Assembly (NCBI RefSeq): GCF_001194135.2
Contig: NC_068991.1
Coordinates: forward strand, 74,525,467 to 74,576,160
Length of the DNA stretch: 50,694 nucleotides
Source of the DNA: Octopus bimaculoides
Taxonomy: Eukaryota
Direction of reading: 5' to 3'
The notes under the pieces were generated by a model. The model was not told where the DNA came from. It ran no database searches and was given only the letters and a program-made list of their open reading frames with translations. The translations under genes were made by a program, and so were the position numbers. Positions 48,329 to 50,694 of this stretch are shown in pieces (position 1 is the stretch's first letter; every line of letters starts with the position of its first letter).

Positions 48329-48339
48329 TATGTATAATA

Positions 48340-50254
48340 TATAAATATGGAATATGAACTTTTGGGGGGAGCAACGAAAGAAACAAATGGAAAACAAGAC
48401 AAGTAACATTAAAAAAATGACCCTTCATCACTTGTCGGCAGTTTTTCTACTTCGTATTTGGAGCAATTCCCGACAAGATACGTTTTCGACAAAACAGTTG
48501 CTCCCGCAATGCAAGTTAAATAAAGTTTGAGATTTTGCGGAGGGTCAAATTTGGTAACAAAAACAGGACAGTAAAAATAAAAACAGGTAGGGCTGCCAAG
48601 CCTGAACGAGTTGGGTTGGTGAATGCGGAGGAACAAGCTCTGACTGGAGACAGACAAGAATGCGTCTTATCCCTACGGCTGATCAGAAAGAAAGAAAGAA
48701 ATTCAAGTTAGGAAAAGAAAGATAGTCGATGGTTACGTGCGAGCAAAAAGAGAGCAAAGGCGGAAGTGTGAGGGAGAGTGAGGGAGAGAGAGGGACAGAC
48801 AGAGAACGGTGAAGGGGAGAGGAAAAGAATTAGAGAAAGGAAGAGAGAGAAAACGAAAGAGAGGAGGAAAAGAGAAACAGAAAGAGATAGGATAAGTGTC
48901 GCATCGAAATTATTAAGATAAAACTTACTTGGAAATGGATGCGTAGCTTTCAATCATATAATAATATAGATAATATATAAATATATATGCATACATACAC
49001 ACATATATGTACATACATATAAATGTATATACGTATGCATATATGGGCACAGGGCACAACAGAGCGCAAACAACATGAAATACGAAATACGAAAACCTGG
49101 AGTACGAACTTTTTTGCGAACAACGAAAGAAACAAATGAAAAACAAGACAAGCAACATTTAAAAAACGACCCTTCTTCAGTTGTTCTCTAATTTTTTCCC
49201 TCTCCCCTTCACCGTTCGCTGTCTGTCTCTCTCTCTCTCCCCCACTCTTTGCTCTCTCGATACTCGCACGTAAGCCATCGGCCATCTTTCTTTTCCTAAC
49301 TTGAATTTCTTTCTTTCTTTCTGATCAGCCGTAGGGATAAGATGCATTCTTGTCTGTCTCCTGTCAGAGCTGGTTCCTCCGCATTCACCAACTCAACTCG
49401 TTCAGGCTTAGCAGCCCTTCCTGTTTTTCTTTTTACTGTCCTGTTTTGTTACCAACTTTGACCCTCCGCAAAATCCCTAATTTTATTTACTTTGCTACTG
49501 TTTTGTCAACAGCGTATCTTGTAGTGAATTGCTCGAAATACGAAGTAGAAAAACTGCCGACAAATGATGAAGTGTCGTTTTTTTTATGTTGCTTATCTTG
49601 TTTTCCGTGGAGGCGCAATGGCTCAGTGGTTAGGGCAGCGGACTCGCGGTCATAGGATCGAGGTTTCGATTCCCAGACCGGGCGTTGTGAGTGTTTATTG
49701 AGCGAAAACACCTAAAGCTCCACGAGGCTCCGGCAGGGGATGGTGGCGAACCCTGCTGTACTCTTCCACCACAACTTTCTCTCACTCTTACTTCCTGTTT
49801 CTGTTGTGCCTGTAATTCAAAGGACCAGCCTTGTCACACTGTGTCACGCTGAATATCCCCGAGAACTACATTAAGGGTACACGTGTCTGTGGAGTGCTCA
49901 GCCACTTGCACGTTAATTTCACGAGCAGGCTGTCCCGTTGATCGGATCAAATGGAACCCTCGACGTCGTAAGCGACGGAGTGCCAACATATCTTGTTTTC
50001 CATTTGTTTCTTTCGTTGTTCGCAAAAACAAAAGTTCGTATTCCATGTTTTCGTATTTCGCGTGTCATGTTGTTTCCGTATTTTATGCTGCTTACGACCT
50101 ATGGTATCCTGTTCCCATATTTAAATGTGTATATCCATATATACGCATTTGTATATCCAATAATATGTATGTACATATCTTTGTATGTATGCATACATAT
50201 TTATATATTATTTATATTATTATATGACTGAACGTCACGCATCGATTTCCAAGT

Positions 50255-50256
<2 letters not shown>
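48340..50256. repeat. Nested inverted/direct duplication (a-b-c-a'-b'inv-a''inv)
   Basis: 48423-48836 matches the reverse complement of 49184-49577; 48927-49180 matches the reverse complement of 49570-50256 (minus the SINE); 48342-48430 directly matches 49090-49180. Confidence 0.9.
49607..49988 (+). mobile_element. Full-length tRNA-derived SINE (family C) with 13-bp TSD
   Basis: A box TGGCTCAGTGG (49619-49629), B box GGTTTCGATTCC (49662-49673); TSD TATCTTGTTTTCC at 49594-49606 and 49989-50001. Confidence 0.9.
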
Positions 50257-50308
<52 letters not shown>

Positions 50309-50517
50309 TTCAACTATGAGAATAGTTGAGTAATATTCTTAAGGCCGCAATTTACTCACACACAGTATCTTCAGAGGTTTGTCACTGATTCAGTTCTTAA
50401 CCAAATTGAAAACTGTTAACATTTTTGAAGAGGACTTGTCCCTAGCTACATTTTGGCATAAAAAATTGAGATTTGATCTAGTAGAAAAAAATTTACATCA
50501 AAATTTGTAGCAACTTG

Positions 50518-50582
<65 letters not shown>

Positions 50583-50694
50583 GTTTCTTTATTAGCCACA
50601 CAGGGCTCAACACAGAGGGGACAAAATACAAATGTAGAGTTTTTCTTTTCGAGGGGGTCGAAAACAAAGCATAAAAAAAAACAAAAGTGGGGAC

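Noticed and set aside
49611-49680. tRNA gene
   Set aside because: A/B boxes continue into a multicopy body with a TSD; this is a SINE head and no complete cloverleaf is evident.
48168-50694. SLC22 first exon (start codon, TM1)
   Set aside because: No suitable hydrophobic ORF with a phase-1 donor found; it presumably lies beyond the window.

Overview
Repeat-dense, AT-rich animal genomic DNA with about 5 kb of assembly gaps (11 N-runs) and abundant microsatellites. The repeat landscape is most consistent with an octopus/coleoid cephalopod genome, which is inference and not proven. One protein-coding gene is supported: an SLC22 (organic cation/anion transporter, MFS) family gene on the minus strand. 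I traced nine of its coding exons by hand (48167 down to the stop at 32220) with GT-AG boundaries and compatible phases; one exon runs into a gap and the first exon lies beyond the window end. The rest is TE debris: tRNA-derived SINE families, Penelope-like elements (RT + GIY-YIG), RTE-BovB-like, R4/Dong-like and L1/Tx1-like LINE fragments, Tc1/mariner relics, MITEs and satellites. The most interesting signal is a set of minimal type-I hammerhead ribozyme motifs with palindromic helix III, from several Penelope-type terminal-repeat families. The best-preserved one lies in sense orientation about 110 nt after the SLC22 stop codon. It sits inside a 210-bp inverted repeat that carries an antisense copy, and a third, sense copy lies 1.7 kb further on. 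Other notable items are a nested inverted duplication in the first intron, an atypical TM11 charge-selectivity residue in the transporter, an inverted RTE segment, and an RT catalytic motif overwritten by a (GCT)n microsatellite. No ribozyme activity or expression can be shown from sequence alone.
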